Virus record (IMG/VR): IMGVR_UViG_3300004806_000004
Location: 1 to 49,799 of that record
Source of the DNA: a virus
Lineage: Duplodnaviria > Caudoviricetes
Length of the DNA stretch: 49,799 nt
Strand: one strand, 5' to 3'
In this document: positions 37,701 through 47,152 of the stretch, piece by piece
How positions within the stretch are numbered: the stretch's first letter is position 1
Layout of the letters: each line of letters starts with the position of its first letter
Program-made: the position numbers and the translations under genes
The notes under the pieces: model-generated
What the model saw: only the letters and a program-made list of their open reading frames with translations
Databases searched by the model: none
Told to the model about the DNA's origin: nothing

Positions 37701-38144
37701 TTTAGCAGCCGTGAGGGCATTGAGAGATGGCTTACCACCAGATGCTAGGGCAGAACTTACAATGTCCGTACCTAATGCGGTATACGGATTCTGTTCAGCA
37801 GACGCTTGAGCCTGTTGTTCCCATCCCTGTTGAGTCTCGCCACCGATAGCATTTTGGATTCCCTGACCAGCAGCACCACCTCCAAGGGCGCCAATAGTAC
37901 CACCGATAATACCACCAGCAGCGATACCGATAGGTCCACCGGGCGCACCAATAGTAGCACCCAACTCCGCTCCACCTAATGCTCCCGCTCCACCGCCAAT
38001 GGTACCACCAGCGTGAGCACGGAGAGTCTTGCCGATGGTAGCTAGCTGGGACTCCTGAGGACGAATTGGATTGATAGCAGCGATCTGTTCGTCAGTGTAA
38101 CCCATCTGACGAAGCATCGGAATATCTTCTGGTAATGCAGGCAT
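31731..38144 (-). CDS. Giant internal virion/ejection protein (polyvalent-protein-like)
   Basis: 2137 aa, last gene of the tail module. Has Gly/Ala-zipper hydrophobic segments at the N-terminus, a central SH...LR...IEVQSDW domain and a helical C-terminus. Confidence 0.75.
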   Translation of the reverse strand: MPALPEDIPMLRQMGYTDEQIAAINPIRPQESQLATIGKTLRAHAGGTIGGGAGALGGAELGATIGAPGGPIGIAAGGIIGGTIGALGGGAAGQGIQNAIGGETQQGWEQQAQASAEQNPYTALGTDIVSSALASGGKPSLNALTAAKGLIGKGAMSPAAKEALVHTIMNAGVNPAINTGIGLATGQGLPSGTELGAQVAGGALFSGQAKWAERLMNRGKVKNEPAAEVTSSSSGIRPEQQAAEPSTDVNDIVSQFNNKNPNGEYELGNKSISKLFKSKLDSIQPVPSNDIDPVERERILTIRDRALKMDPDKKRDFLHRESLGKADDDLQALLTGNQVTHNLRLEDNEMKANQEDEIEQYARTLQHGDEVEIHSDEDEPLKGTVVDNGQTSVKVLDQSGTVHEIPHDELDKLPSSEKVSEAFMKSWNKLSDEAFIEQNKIPLAKLLTDKKAGNVNAVKNILREDMPNLSDEHAQRLLTISKNYANQIKGSVEDVRSQTPSATPPVAEGESGGLQQSAGDTSSKETKTNQKVNPKLPDWVNEHMIAQGKNPSRMFNEQDLSNPSVREALLNDPTLTKEQKDQILSETFGKTKVTKQNPPVVNPLTGNKSWVDNMHGVLDKMKSNQSPDQLHAFGLLPKVWDTGLEMAKGIITAGGKIHEAVEAFVNYLKQNSPSFNEDAVRRYVHQSLTDGDRAFSTNAADLIRDGKLGIKPNTSGAFHGTQLLGTIFNKLSPTEQEMYKSQGVIEHFQNRYISKDDAIKWFEEHTPKVEVKKFGEGALSPERREYNALYHKFDSLHDPHDSSYNWTPEQQADRQRLMELKKTLDKESVKDIPSAHWSFVAPKAEHDMPGYVEIAVVKPLKIGAYTKDKTVGNMRTTSAAERGEQFPSSHGFPPNTLGFLRGYMETTPAGEKVFHVIEVQSDWAQRLRQEVADHKVDINSVADKVVPYEFEGEHQGYYVKQYGGETVFPTKEAAIKDYVDKHYPESRITEHKLQDPLLPHYERLALKAAIEHARQEGATKIAISDAETAMISEEHDKDIYQARKYVDRANYQAKEYFMKDEDRLDFDKPKAPQVLLEKLTKAYEEHGAKFELTSDGKQIIMTRAPFEGGMGMHYDKSLPKIAEELTGSKGERASFGEHAKTLVPSTSFAGLANPVLHNSKVYDNYFEADKAARNFDAPFKVAPVDVDGGYKLAMYPDDYIHYKKIANELGFTRDSDYRKNLIFRNPDGTPKTDVTARVYDIGKVPESKPALFGKRFSIADKLDSLKIDTNGQLHAFGIIPAVWNTAIDMAKVAIKAGESIHAAISKAIEHIKANHNAPVNEQAIRSHLESKLGESNKTTGTPPEKSLGITRSVTDTVRAKGGENNKLVADRAHQTLNHESELRGHFANGAVQAGEGLSKEQRDKLRDIIVQEQSTGNRYVGPMDIDIRPAYIKLRGLLHELGVLRLKEGLPVVQPVTKNGKTVYVTRSLKQMENYWPSMMRQSVADDYRQGRNVEANNKIMYDHLVNNNGLTPKEATTRLRQFNDAMKASMGDTPEQNLAWFNANRKAMGESLPKEFQEPNPIRGLQRYFNRASTDLAHYKFMEKDHDILAAQGIKKDAWGNRVKSDIKPVNGNDSDIQALSNQWKRSMTHDQLERGISSLITTAFTSSPALESHKIMSSIPGAMTQAPDGTTAIHALIHGLTNLQSGYTKAVENGVVKLDARSGIDMLTGGQNAAERMQGLGKIIRQISSIGGLTTKLNAGLMQAMGEVIVPANINRAKAGDMTALQRMRNLDPSFDPKRTYSPDEMSKLASQFATALHGTGDIRSLPKWMLNDSELSGFFTLAHWSTARTNAFMKDVYTPLRQGNVQPLLIAAMGSALGGYAIKLLREEITGRKNPIPSLTEIANSEQGLEGNKGLLAYNLMASLQYAGFGGLLGQVAKYPFDIAHKNNPQSMSFPLDEVGSDVIEHISKMTSAAATDPNFNWADAIGDFTMHVLSSNIQLARIAMNQGINHGLITGYQADKKLLGDKLQQLRRFDQVQGLPYADVDAASNPYMNIEAKRFHMEQDPQKAIAMLPGMISNIVNAYHDNPDVMKNKLDALKHASYDTFPSMESMPLQFAKYIGYLQRVEGPEEAEKALRDYLSHKALNSVKDSVIP

Positions 38145-38147
38145 AAA

Positions 38148-39581
38148 TTAATAGGGAGATTCAGTCCAATATTTATAAGGAGTTCCAATCAAGGCATCTC
38201 CAGCAGCAGAGCCTAAATCACGCATAGGCTGGCCACCAGTTCCAACATCGTAGAGAGTGTTCAATGCAGTGTTGCCAACAATCCCAGCTCTTGATGCACC
38301 GTGATTGGCTTTCAATTCTTTCTGACGCTGCTCAATGCGAGCTAACATAGCATCATGCTCAGCTTTTTTCTGTTTTAATTCCGCTTTTTGTGCTTCTAAT
38401 GCTGCCTGTGCAGCTTCATGTCTATCTTCTAGATGATTCTGCACATCCTCAATAGTCGCATTAGGATTCATGATTTGAGGAGTGACTGTACGAGGAGCAA
38501 CAGGTTGCGGACCTTTAGACGGAGGGGCAGGATAAGCTGCTCCAGAAGGAAAGGGCTTACCATCAGGGCCGGTGTTGACAACTGATGGGGCTCCATTAAG
38601 TTGACTAGACATTAACTCAGATGCAATACCTTGCTGAGTTCTAACTCCAGGAGTAACGTGACCGCCAGATGGAATAAGATTTCCATTCTCATCATATGAC
38701 ACTTGAAGGGGAGTCATAGCAGTTGTGTCAGCAGCATGAGCAGCGTCATAATTGTTGTGAGTGTTGATCATCGCCTGAGTGCCGAAATTGACAGGCTGTT
38801 GATTCTTTTCAAACAACAATCGAGAGTTCTCAAGACCAGCTCCAATCAACCCGTTAGCAGACTGTAATCCCTGAGTATTAACATCAGTTGGAGTATTGCG
38901 TAATGCACCAGCAACCAACATATTATTACGCAGGTTAGTCATTGGTACTGTATGCTGCTGATTCCAAGCTTCATTCCCATACATAGCAGATTCATAGTCC
39001 TGCTTAACTGGCTCAACATTTAACTGACGGTTAATCGCATTCTGATTGCCCAGCACTCCCGCTTGAATTCCAGATGACCCGCGTTGACCAACTAATCCAC
39101 TACTCAACTGACCTGCTGCTTCGGTATCGCCAGCTAGAACAGGAGCGGAGAGTTTATCGTTCATCAATGAACGAACCATCTGTTCATGAGCCATTTGATC
39201 AGGAGACTTTCCAACCTGACCAACTAATAGACTGTTCTGTCCTTGCTGATTCTTGAAATACGACGACCAAGGATTGAGACTAGGATCCATTCCGTTTACC
39301 GTGGATTCAATACCCGCCCTTTGACGAGCAAGCTGACGTTGAGCATTAGCATCTAACAACTGTTGCTGTGTGGCATTTTGCGCCTGAGCAAGAGCAGCAC
39401 CAGTATTCTGGTAATTGTATATGTCCGCTGCCTGTGGTGACAGTGCTCGGGCAATGATACTAGGATGATATACCTGACCCTTCTCATCCATAAATTGATG
39501 AGTATCGGGGTTGTATGACAGTTGACCTGGACCAACAGCATTGCCTAGTGCTTGTAATCCTATATTTGCGAAGTATCCCAT
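38148..39581 (-). CDS. Internal virion/ejection protein (putative)
   Basis: Gln/Asn/Gly-rich with a coiled coil. Called by position. Confidence 0.6.
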   Translation of the reverse strand: MGYFANIGLQALGNAVGPGQLSYNPDTHQFMDEKGQVYHPSIIARALSPQAADIYNYQNTGAALAQAQNATQQQLLDANAQRQLARQRAGIESTVNGMDPSLNPWSSYFKNQQGQNSLLVGQVGKSPDQMAHEQMVRSLMNDKLSAPVLAGDTEAAGQLSSGLVGQRGSSGIQAGVLGNQNAINRQLNVEPVKQDYESAMYGNEAWNQQHTVPMTNLRNNMLVAGALRNTPTDVNTQGLQSANGLIGAGLENSRLLFEKNQQPVNFGTQAMINTHNNYDAAHAADTTAMTPLQVSYDENGNLIPSGGHVTPGVRTQQGIASELMSSQLNGAPSVVNTGPDGKPFPSGAAYPAPPSKGPQPVAPRTVTPQIMNPNATIEDVQNHLEDRHEAAQAALEAQKAELKQKKAEHDAMLARIEQRQKELKANHGASRAGIVGNTALNTLYDVGTGGQPMRDLGSAAGDALIGTPYKYWTESPY

Positions 39582-39593
39582 AATAGTATTTAG

Positions 39594-40199
39594 TTAATCG
39601 GCATAACCGAAAGCATCTTCTGTTTCAGCGGGTTTACCGATGGTTGATGTCTTAGCTTGATCAACTAATTTCTGAGCATAACCATCAGCGCTCTTGCCGC
39701 CTGTTCCATTCCCAGCACCGATAGTCGCGAAAGCAGGGTTAGCTCCAGATGATTGAGAGTTGATACCAGCATGAATTTGTGCTTCAGTAGTATGGTTGCC
39801 TTGTCCGACTATTGTGTCTTTAAAGTCATCTTTCATTTTATCAAACGCTGCACCCAATCGACCACGCCGGAGCGTCGATCCGTCAGCAGAAGCACCAGCA
39901 TCCTGACTCTGTTTTGCCTGTCCCTGAGATTGGGCAACACTCTGACCGATGAGCTGAGAGTTGTCTTCTATTGTCCCAGGAGCCAGTCCAGCTGCACTAG
40001 ACTGTAAGTGATTCATACCGTGTTGAGTGAGGGGAGCGAATCCATCTGCATCACGCTGACCATAATGAACTCCAGCCTCAAAGCCGAAAGGATTAGATAG
40101 CTGGGCGAGCTTATTCGCTGCAACCATCTGTCCAGGAGAAGCATCTGCTCCACCCTGATATGGTGACATTGCATTAAGATAATCAAGCGTGGATGCCAT
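39594..40199 (-). CDS. Internal virion protein (putative)
   Basis: Ala/Gly/Gln-rich. Called by position. Confidence 0.55.
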   Translation of the reverse strand: MASTLDYLNAMSPYQGGADASPGQMVAANKLAQLSNPFGFEAGVHYGQRDADGFAPLTQHGMNHLQSSAAGLAPGTIEDNSQLIGQSVAQSQGQAKQSQDAGASADGSTLRRGRLGAAFDKMKDDFKDTIVGQGNHTTEAQIHAGINSQSSGANPAFATIGAGNGTGGKSADGYAQKLVDQAKTSTIGKPAETEDAFGYAD

Positions 40200-41337
40200 A
40201 ACGAGTAGTTAGAGTTTTGACCATCTTGGTGTAGGCGAGAGTGGCGTAGGAGGCTTTGCCATTACGTATATAACCGATACAACGTTGGACAACTCCCCAA
40301 ATGTATTCTAGCTCCTCAGGATTGTTCTGAATACATTGAGTGATCGCCGGTGCGAGACGGTAGTACTCTTCCACAATATGCTGTGGGACGTGTTTGTCAC
40401 GAAACTTACGGAGAGTCTGTAACTCGTCACAATCATCCGGTAGACCCTTATAGTCACACGCAGCGGTGGTGAGGAAGCATCCAGCAGATGCATTACCAGA
40501 CGATGTTGTACCTTTCGACGCCGCGCCAATACCAGCTAACTGATTACCAAACGATGATGCGAATGAGAATGGTGTAGACGTAGTAGAGTTAGCCTGTGTG
40601 GGATTGAATTGAGCTAATCCGAAGTTATTGGCTGTATTACCAGCCCCAGCAGCAGTAGCCACAGGATTGAATGTAGCATTCTGTGCTCCTGAAACATTAG
40701 CAGCCGTTCCTAGAGCTGAACCTAACATCTGACGTTTAGTGTTCAGTGCATTGCCGAAATTCATTGCATTTGATACAGCATTAGTAGCGTTATCTACTCC
40801 CAGATTGCCTGTGGCGTAGTTAGATTGATTGAGCGAACGCTCAGCCGCAGCCTGTTCACCACCACTCAAACCATTGAGATTGATGGAGTTCACCAAATTC
40901 GCTGCTTGACCATTGGCAGCAGCCTGTGCTGGATTGTATTGATTAGCTAGCGCAGCTGCTTGTTGATCAACAGCTGCTCCACCATTAGCAAGAAGACCAG
41001 CCTGACTGTTGGCCTGCATATTCGCCAATGCTGCCCCAGCCTGTTGATAGTTACCTGATTGACCAGCGAGCTGATTCAGTACTGATTGGGTATAAATAGG
41101 GTTAGCTCCATACGCACTAGCGGCCATTGACTGGGTAATCCCTGGACCAGTATTAGCTACAATCTGTGATGTCGGAGATACAGCCTGAGCATACAACGCA
41201 AGCATATCTTGTGGAGATAGCTGAGGGGTGGTGGACCCAGAAGATTCTCCAGCACCGCCTGAGTAGTATCGGGTAGCTAATAGATGAGGCCTAAAAGGAA
41301 GATTGTTCTCAAATTCACTTGCGTAAAAGTTTCTCAT
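40183..41337 (-). CDS. Pilot/ejection protein with C-terminal CFI-box-CTERM-like domain
   Basis: Ala/Asn/Gln/Gly-rich body followed by CFLTTAAC...ELQTLRKFRD...YYRLAP. Start at 41337 is preferred. Confidence 0.7.
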   Translation of the reverse strand: MRNFYASEFENNLPFRPHLLATRYYSGGAGESSGSTTPQLSPQDMLALYAQAVSPTSQIVANTGPGITQSMAASAYGANPIYTQSVLNQLAGQSGNYQQAGAALANMQANSQAGLLANGGAAVDQQAAALANQYNPAQAAANGQAANLVNSINLNGLSGGEQAAAERSLNQSNYATGNLGVDNATNAVSNAMNFGNALNTKRQMLGSALGTAANVSGAQNATFNPVATAAGAGNTANNFGLAQFNPTQANSTTSTPFSFASSFGNQLAGIGAASKGTTSSGNASAGCFLTTAACDYKGLPDDCDELQTLRKFRDKHVPQHIVEEYYRLAPAITQCIQNNPEELEYIWGVVQRCIGYIRNGKASYATLAYTKMVKTLTTRYGIHA

Positions 41338-41674
41338 AGATTTTATCGGTATTAGGGTTTTTGTAGATCCCATTCTTCATCCAACGCAATTTCGCTTTGG
41401 GCCAACGCTCTTTCGCAATCTTAGCAAAAGCTCGTAAATTTTCAATGTTCATCGCCAAGTTTTCTGTGATAAACAACTCCTGCTTAGGTTCATCAAAGTG
41501 AGCAATAATCATGCCAGAGATATTGCCTGTATCGTTAATGGAAACCAACAATAGTCCATGTTCGTATGCCTCACGTATGAGATACGCAACTTGTAGAGGG
41601 TTCTGATTTAGGAAACACTTCCCGCCCTTGTTGCGTAAGACAAAGTTAACTACGTCGCCTAGTGATAGGTTCAT
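41315..41674 (-). CDS. Small tail-module protein, possibly GNAT-fold (T7 gp13-like position)
   Basis: 119 aa from the ATG at 41674, with the alpha/beta pattern LLVSINDTGNISGMII. Located between tail and ejection genes. Confidence 0.45.
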   Translation of the reverse strand: MNLSLGDVVNFVLRNKGGKCFLNQNPLQVAYLIREAYEHGLLLVSINDTGNISGMIIAHFDEPKQELFITENLAMNIENLRAFAKIAKERWPKAKLRWMKNGIYKNPNTDKIYEKLLRK

Positions 41675-41678
41675 ATGC

Positions 41679-42656
41679 TCAACGTCCAGTAATGCGATAA
41701 GCATATCTCCAATCTCGGCCGAAGCCAATTCGAGGGTTAATCTTATCGTGAGGATTCTCTACTAATGACACGTGGTCATTAGTTCCTCTGTTAGCATCTT
41801 CATGTATTTGCGCGAGCAACATAGTACTCTTCTCTTGATAGCCCATCGCCACCTGTAGATTGGATTGTTGCTCAAACCATAATTGGAGAGATTTATTAAT
41901 GATAACGTCATCGTATCCAGGAGCAGGGAACTCATCTGAATCGTTGCTGAACGTCGGCAAGGCCTTCTTATACAGCACCTCAACCCAACCGATAACTGGA
42001 TCACTATTCGGAGGGTACCAAGGAGCAGATGAAACATCAACAATCTGGAACTGGGCGGCCAGTTTGTTATTCGCGATCTTTGATAACTGATTGCCATCAA
42101 CATCAAATAACAACACGTCTTGAGTATTAACAGTTGATTTAGTGATAGAGGTGATAGTATTGTAACTATTCACACTCATCACAGAAGTAGAGTTAATCAC
42201 CACTGTCTCATGAACTGATGACGCAGTATCAGTAGAGCCGACAATAGTCACCTGAACATTCGGTGTCTCTACTGCTCCAACTGTAATCACAACCTGCGAT
42301 TGGTTGTGAATACTCATCATCAAACACGACAAGCCTTTCAATCTCCAATTCCTCCACTCCTGATCTCCCCAAGCAAACTGATTGTAGTGGGGGCGAAGTT
42401 GAGATAGATTAACAGGTATCTGCGAGTACGACTCACGCATCGCTCTAATTTGGCCGACGTAATCTGGTAGTGCAATAGTCTGATCTGCATTAACCTTTAG
42501 AATCATTTCATCCAACGACCCTGCCATATCAGAGGTTTGATAAACCTCTTTCGCAGCAGGATTGATGAAACGGAGTAACGTTGCACGTTGATTCGTATCA
42601 GATGGATTGAGGCCCAACTTATAGCCAACTTGTTGTAAAATATATTGTAAGCTCAC
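41679..42656 (-). CDS. Head-tail adaptor / tail tubular protein A-like
   Basis: N-terminal helices (LLRFINPAAKEV), IALPDY and the C-terminal P.YDDVII pattern of phage adaptors. Confidence 0.65.
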   Translation of the reverse strand: MSLQYILQQVGYKLGLNPSDTNQRATLLRFINPAAKEVYQTSDMAGSLDEMILKVNADQTIALPDYVGQIRAMRESYSQIPVNLSQLRPHYNQFAWGDQEWRNWRLKGLSCLMMSIHNQSQVVITVGAVETPNVQVTIVGSTDTASSVHETVVINSTSVMSVNSYNTITSITKSTVNTQDVLLFDVDGNQLSKIANNKLAAQFQIVDVSSAPWYPPNSDPVIGWVEVLYKKALPTFSNDSDEFPAPGYDDVIINKSLQLWFEQQSNLQVAMGYQEKSTMLLAQIHEDANRGTNDHVSLVENPHDKINPRIGFGRDWRYAYRITGR

Positions 42657-44440
42657 GATTGAGAGATACTCGATTGAGTAGTTAAGGGTTGCATGGGAGT
42701 GTAATCAATAGTGCCGATACTCACCGTATTGAGTGATGCTCCACCAGTCCATGATATAGCGACACAGGATTTCCATCCTTGAGATGCTTCAACGAACGAG
42801 AATAGAATGGAGTTAGTTTGAGTACCAATGTCAGTACCGACAGACTGACCAGTATAAATATTACTCGGCGCACTATATCCGATCTTCGATATGAGAGTTT
42901 CATCGTATCTATTATTGGTGAATAATGATACTGACACATCACACTCTTGTGTAATGTTAGTCATAATCACTCGACACTCAGACACTTTCAGTTCTTTCTT
43001 CGGGTTGAGATTACAAACTGAACCGAGTCGGATGTAAGCTTTATCATACGCAGTAGCGGCGTAAAGTTGATACAGATAATCGTCGGTAGTTATAGCAAAC
43101 AGATTCAATCCAGAGATAGTATTCGCTGCAAATTGTTTAGCTCCAGCACCATTGAGTTGAGCTATGTCGAGAGATTGATAACAACTATTGACCGTATCAT
43201 ACACCAACAATCCGTACCCGAGAGTCGTATTAACTCCGAATATAGCGTAGTTGTCGAAATAAGTTGCACAGACGGCCCCATCCACTTGTGTCAACCCTTT
43301 GAACAAGCCCTGAACATTAGCTGAGAATATGCCATTACGTCCTTCATTGCCCTTATCAACTGATGCTGCCGCCATAGAACGAATACCGTTAGCGTCGATG
43401 AATAGTGTATCAGTAGTGCCACTCGCCGATGGAATATCAATTATCCCCCTCTCATTAACGCAAGACGCATTAAACAGAACCTGTCTGTTGAACGTGTATT
43501 CACCAAACAATGTGGGTGCCGTAGGGGACTGATTAAGTGTAACCAGAAACATACCACCCCCACCAGCGGATACCAACAATCCACTATTCGGCAATGCGTG
43601 CAACGCTGTAATTCCACCGACACCCACTGAGTAAGAGGTAGTAGTTGCGTCTCCACCAGCCTGTCCCACTGGGGTAACATTCACCACAAAGTCCAATGGC
43701 CGCCCAGATACAGATCTGTATATGTTGGTATACGCAGAATCAACTATAAACAATATGCCATTGTACCACTCCATATATGTACCGACCGGTACATACTCAC
43801 GCAAATCTGGACCTGTGGATGTACCGTCAGTCCCGATGTTGGGATTCCATTGTGCATACGTTTGAGTCTGTCTGGCAGCAATCTGCCCAGATCCATTGAT
43901 ATAGATGAACCAAGGTTGAGTAGTACCATCTTGCACTAACACCCCAGAATAGTTTCCGTAGAGAGATGCAGCATATTGAGCCTGTTGAATCTGGATAATC
44001 GGCTGATTTGCTTGTGCTGTGGTTATAGGACCAGTAGTAGGCTTCGTCGCGAATCGAGCATAGTTGGTTGTGTTCAACGGCACTACCACCGTCCAAACGC
44101 GAGGGGCAGACGCATTGACTTTGAAGTTAGTTATGAGATACCAACCAGACGTTCCTATCTGTCTGTAGAAAGCATAACCAGCTACGAAAAGGAGTAGGTA
44201 ATTGCCGAACACAACCAACCCTTGCTTAGTTCCGCTGGGGGCAGAATAATCTATTACTGATGATTGAGTGGGGGTAGCTATATCGAATCTCGTCCGGCAG
44301 TTTAAACCTAATCTGTACTGATTGTATGTTACATCATACACACTATCACCTTCCTTATATTTGATTGATACAGGAAGGCGTGTGTCATCTAGTAGGTAAT
44401 TCATCCCACCAGAAAATGATGTCTGTTTGAATTCGCTCAT
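42653..44440 (-). CDS. Tail nozzle / tubular protein B-like
   Basis: Starts with QTSFSGGMN, has beta-propeller-like composition and is 595 aa long. Confidence 0.7.
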   Translation of the reverse strand: MSEFKQTSFSGGMNYLLDDTRLPVSIKYKEGDSVYDVTYNQYRLGLNCRTRFDIATPTQSSVIDYSAPSGTKQGLVVFGNYLLLFVAGYAFYRQIGTSGWYLITNFKVNASAPRVWTVVVPLNTTNYARFATKPTTGPITTAQANQPIIQIQQAQYAASLYGNYSGVLVQDGTTQPWFIYINGSGQIAARQTQTYAQWNPNIGTDGTSTGPDLREYVPVGTYMEWYNGILFIVDSAYTNIYRSVSGRPLDFVVNVTPVGQAGGDATTTSYSVGVGGITALHALPNSGLLVSAGGGGMFLVTLNQSPTAPTLFGEYTFNRQVLFNASCVNERGIIDIPSASGTTDTLFIDANGIRSMAAASVDKGNEGRNGIFSANVQGLFKGLTQVDGAVCATYFDNYAIFGVNTTLGYGLLVYDTVNSCYQSLDIAQLNGAGAKQFAANTISGLNLFAITTDDYLYQLYAATAYDKAYIRLGSVCNLNPKKELKVSECRVIMTNITQECDVSVSLFTNNRYDETLISKIGYSAPSNIYTGQSVGTDIGTQTNSILFSFVEASQGWKSCVAISWTGGASLNTVSIGTIDYTPMQPLTTQSSISQS

Positions 44441-45849
44441 TAGAGGTATTCAGTGATTTCAATCCCCACATTGGCTTGCATAGTAGGCGTAAATGTACTG
44501 GAAGCAAATCCAAATGCAAAATCCATACGTGTAGTTTGACCTGACGTAATCTTATAAATAATATCAGGAAACAATATGCCAGTGCTATTGCCGCTCCAAG
44601 TTGTGCTAATCCATGTCACAACAGCTGTAGCGTATCCACCTGAGAATGTAGCGGTTCCAGAAGGATCATAGAATAAATTGACTCGACTATTATCAGCTGA
44701 ACTGTTAGTCATAACTATGCCAGAAACTCGAATTACCAATGTAGAACTGGCTGAGATGGGGACAAAATTGGTAATCTTAATGACAGTAGAGATCTTGCCA
44801 TTTGTGTAAGATGTACCATTATTCCCTGCATTTCCAGCTTCACTTGATGTGTTGGTTACAACCACTCGTTGCAAGATTCGTCCAATGGTAGCACCAATAC
44901 CAGTAGCCAAACTATACGTTGTACCACCGGCAGCTACCTTTAAGTATTGATCATATGTCTGTGATGTGGGCTCAGCGAGATTCAATAGTGCCCGTTGGAT
45001 GGTAACGAATCCACGTTTTGACGTAGTGGCATTGTATGATATTCCCAGCACATCTCCGGGCGCGGATGCATTTGTGCTACTGCCAGCACCGGGAATACCA
45101 ACAATAGACGTAGTTGGGACGAGAATATTTAACCCGGGATCAACAGCACCTGTGCCACCAGCGGTAGTGGCTACACCACTATTCGTCACTAACTGAGCAG
45201 CTGTGATAGTGTTATTAGCGATATTCGCAGCTGTAATAGTGCCCAACGCTAGTTTGCCAGCCACACCAGTTTGAGATTGAGCGAGCAGATTTTGCCCAGT
45301 CACTACCCCAACAGCAATAGTAGGCGATTGCAGCTGAGTCCCAGCACCAGACGCTCCACCTGCAAGATCACCAAAAACAAGTGACGTATTGTTCATGTAT
45401 CCATTAGATATATAAGTAGTGTTGTAATTGTTAAGTACTGCCGCTGTTGGCCCACCAGTAACCTTACTCCAGTCTAAAGAAGTAATAGCAGATGATGGAA
45501 CAGAGTTAGTTATTAACGCATATCCAGGAATGGTTTGAGATCCATATGATGCAGATGCGATAGTTACCCAGTTGTAGTAGGTAGAATCAGGAGATGAAAG
45601 ATTGGGATTCCATACATACGGAGTAACAAAGGATGCACCAATACGAAGCCAAATGTAGTTCTTCCATTTAGTGGTTATATCAGCACGAGGTACGTTAGGT
45701 GCTCCTGAGTTGTCGCTTGTAACCACAACCAGACCCTTATCTGCATAAGGTGTGGCCTGATTAACTTGCTGAGTTAGCTGGGCTCCAGTTATAGTAGTTG
45801 AGCTAGTAGAGTCAAATCCAGTTATAAAATCTTGTGTTGATGCTGACAT
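44440..45849 (-). CDS. Tail fibre protein (putative)
   Basis: ITGAQLTQQVN head, GTITAANIANNTITAAQL shaft repeats and a GRILQRVV...IEITEY tip domain. Confidence 0.7.
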   Translation of the reverse strand: MSASTQDFITGFDSTSSTTITGAQLTQQVNQATPYADKGLVVVTSDNSGAPNVPRADITTKWKNYIWLRIGASFVTPYVWNPNLSSPDSTYYNWVTIASASYGSQTIPGYALITNSVPSSAITSLDWSKVTGGPTAAVLNNYNTTYISNGYMNNTSLVFGDLAGGASGAGTQLQSPTIAVGVVTGQNLLAQSQTGVAGKLALGTITAANIANNTITAAQLVTNSGVATTAGGTGAVDPGLNILVPTTSIVGIPGAGSSTNASAPGDVLGISYNATTSKRGFVTIQRALLNLAEPTSQTYDQYLKVAAGGTTYSLATGIGATIGRILQRVVVTNTSSEAGNAGNNGTSYTNGKISTVIKITNFVPISASSTLVIRVSGIVMTNSSADNSRVNLFYDPSGTATFSGGYATAVVTWISTTWSGNSTGILFPDIIYKITSGQTTRMDFAFGFASSTFTPTMQANVGIEITEYL

Positions 45850-45854
45850 AAATA

Positions 45855-47141
45855 TTAATTGGTTGTTGAAACAGAGTTTGAGGGGAAGGTTAACGGTAAT
45901 GCAAAGGCTGCTTGATTGTACTTAGAACCTAAGTAATTAAGAATTGCCTGTCTAACTGGACTTGTAAAAGGATTCAATGTTGTTGGCTGATAGATCAATA
46001 TCTCAGCAACTTTCATAGGTTGAGTATTGGTAGGTGCCATAAGCGGTTCACCCAGACCGAATACACTCATAGCAGGCTGTCCTGTCATTGAATGAAGTGT
46101 TAATGTTGGCTCTGTTGCATACGAACTGACAGGCAATAAATACCCTCCAGTATCCTGTACTTGAACATTATACCACAGAAACAAAATATACCATTGACCA
46201 GTAACAGGATTAGCCGTTCCCCCTAACGTAGCTCCATTATATGTGAATGGTGAGTATCCATTGGTAAGTACCTTCAAATCAGATGCTGAAAGTGCAGATG
46301 AACCAAAACCAAAAACTTGAGCGCCAACAGCTGGTGATGTACCGGTTAGTTGGATAACCGCAAATACTCCATATGCAGTTGTGGTGGGTGAATAAGTAAA
46401 AGATGGACCACCTTGATTAGATGAAACAGGGAAATAATAGTAATTATTTATCACACTGTCCGTTGCGGATGCTCCCCAAGGAGTGAAAGACAAGAACTCA
46501 TTGGTTGAATTGGTGTCAAAGAATTGGCCAGTTCCGGCATTAGGATTAATAGCAGACGCTATATATTGTCCAGTTAATATGTTGGTTGACGGTACTGATT
46601 GAGGATTAAATCCATTACTATCAGTAAACACACTAACTTGTCCATCATTCGCTTTCAACACACTATCACTCGCATACCGATAGTCCTCAGCCTGTAAGAC
46701 AGATGTGGTGAAATCAATATCGGTAGATTGGGTCGCATTACCTTGAGATGTATTCCAAATCTCGAATCTACAGTTCTTCAGTATTACCTGTCCAGTATAC
46801 GCCGGAATCGCTAGGTTAATTACTTGCCCCGAGGCTGACCACACAACATATCGAGTTACAATATTCCCAACTCTATATGCGATGCAGAGTGTATAATTAA
46901 CTCCCGATGGAGCAACAATAAGTTTGAGAGAGAAGTTGTTAGGTGCCTCAAAATTAAATGCAGCTACAATATCCGAGACACCTAACCATGATTTGGTGGT
47001 TGTAAATGCTGGGAGTATTAAGAATGTACCAGCACGACTCAGTGGACTGATAGGGTTAATGTCTAGCCACCGCTGCAAATAGCGAGGGACAGTAAATGCT
47101 CCTGTATCATTTGCAGGCGGTGGTACTAATGGATATGACAT
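45855..47141 (-). CDS. Virion protein with C-terminal LamG/ConA-like domain (putative)
   Basis: GQWYIL...KVAEILIY...RQAILNYLGSKY pattern. Confidence 0.55.
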   Translation of the reverse strand: MSYPLVPPPANDTGAFTVPRYLQRWLDINPISPLSRAGTFLILPAFTTTKSWLGVSDIVAAFNFEAPNNFSLKLIVAPSGVNYTLCIAYRVGNIVTRYVVWSASGQVINLAIPAYTGQVILKNCRFEIWNTSQGNATQSTDIDFTTSVLQAEDYRYASDSVLKANDGQVSVFTDSNGFNPQSVPSTNILTGQYIASAINPNAGTGQFFDTNSTNEFLSFTPWGASATDSVINNYYYFPVSSNQGGPSFTYSPTTTAYGVFAVIQLTGTSPAVGAQVFGFGSSALSASDLKVLTNGYSPFTYNGATLGGTANPVTGQWYILFLWYNVQVQDTGGYLLPVSSYATEPTLTLHSMTGQPAMSVFGLGEPLMAPTNTQPMKVAEILIYQPTTLNPFTSPVRQAILNYLGSKYNQAAFALPLTFPSNSVSTTN

Positions 47142-47152
47142 AACACTTTGTC

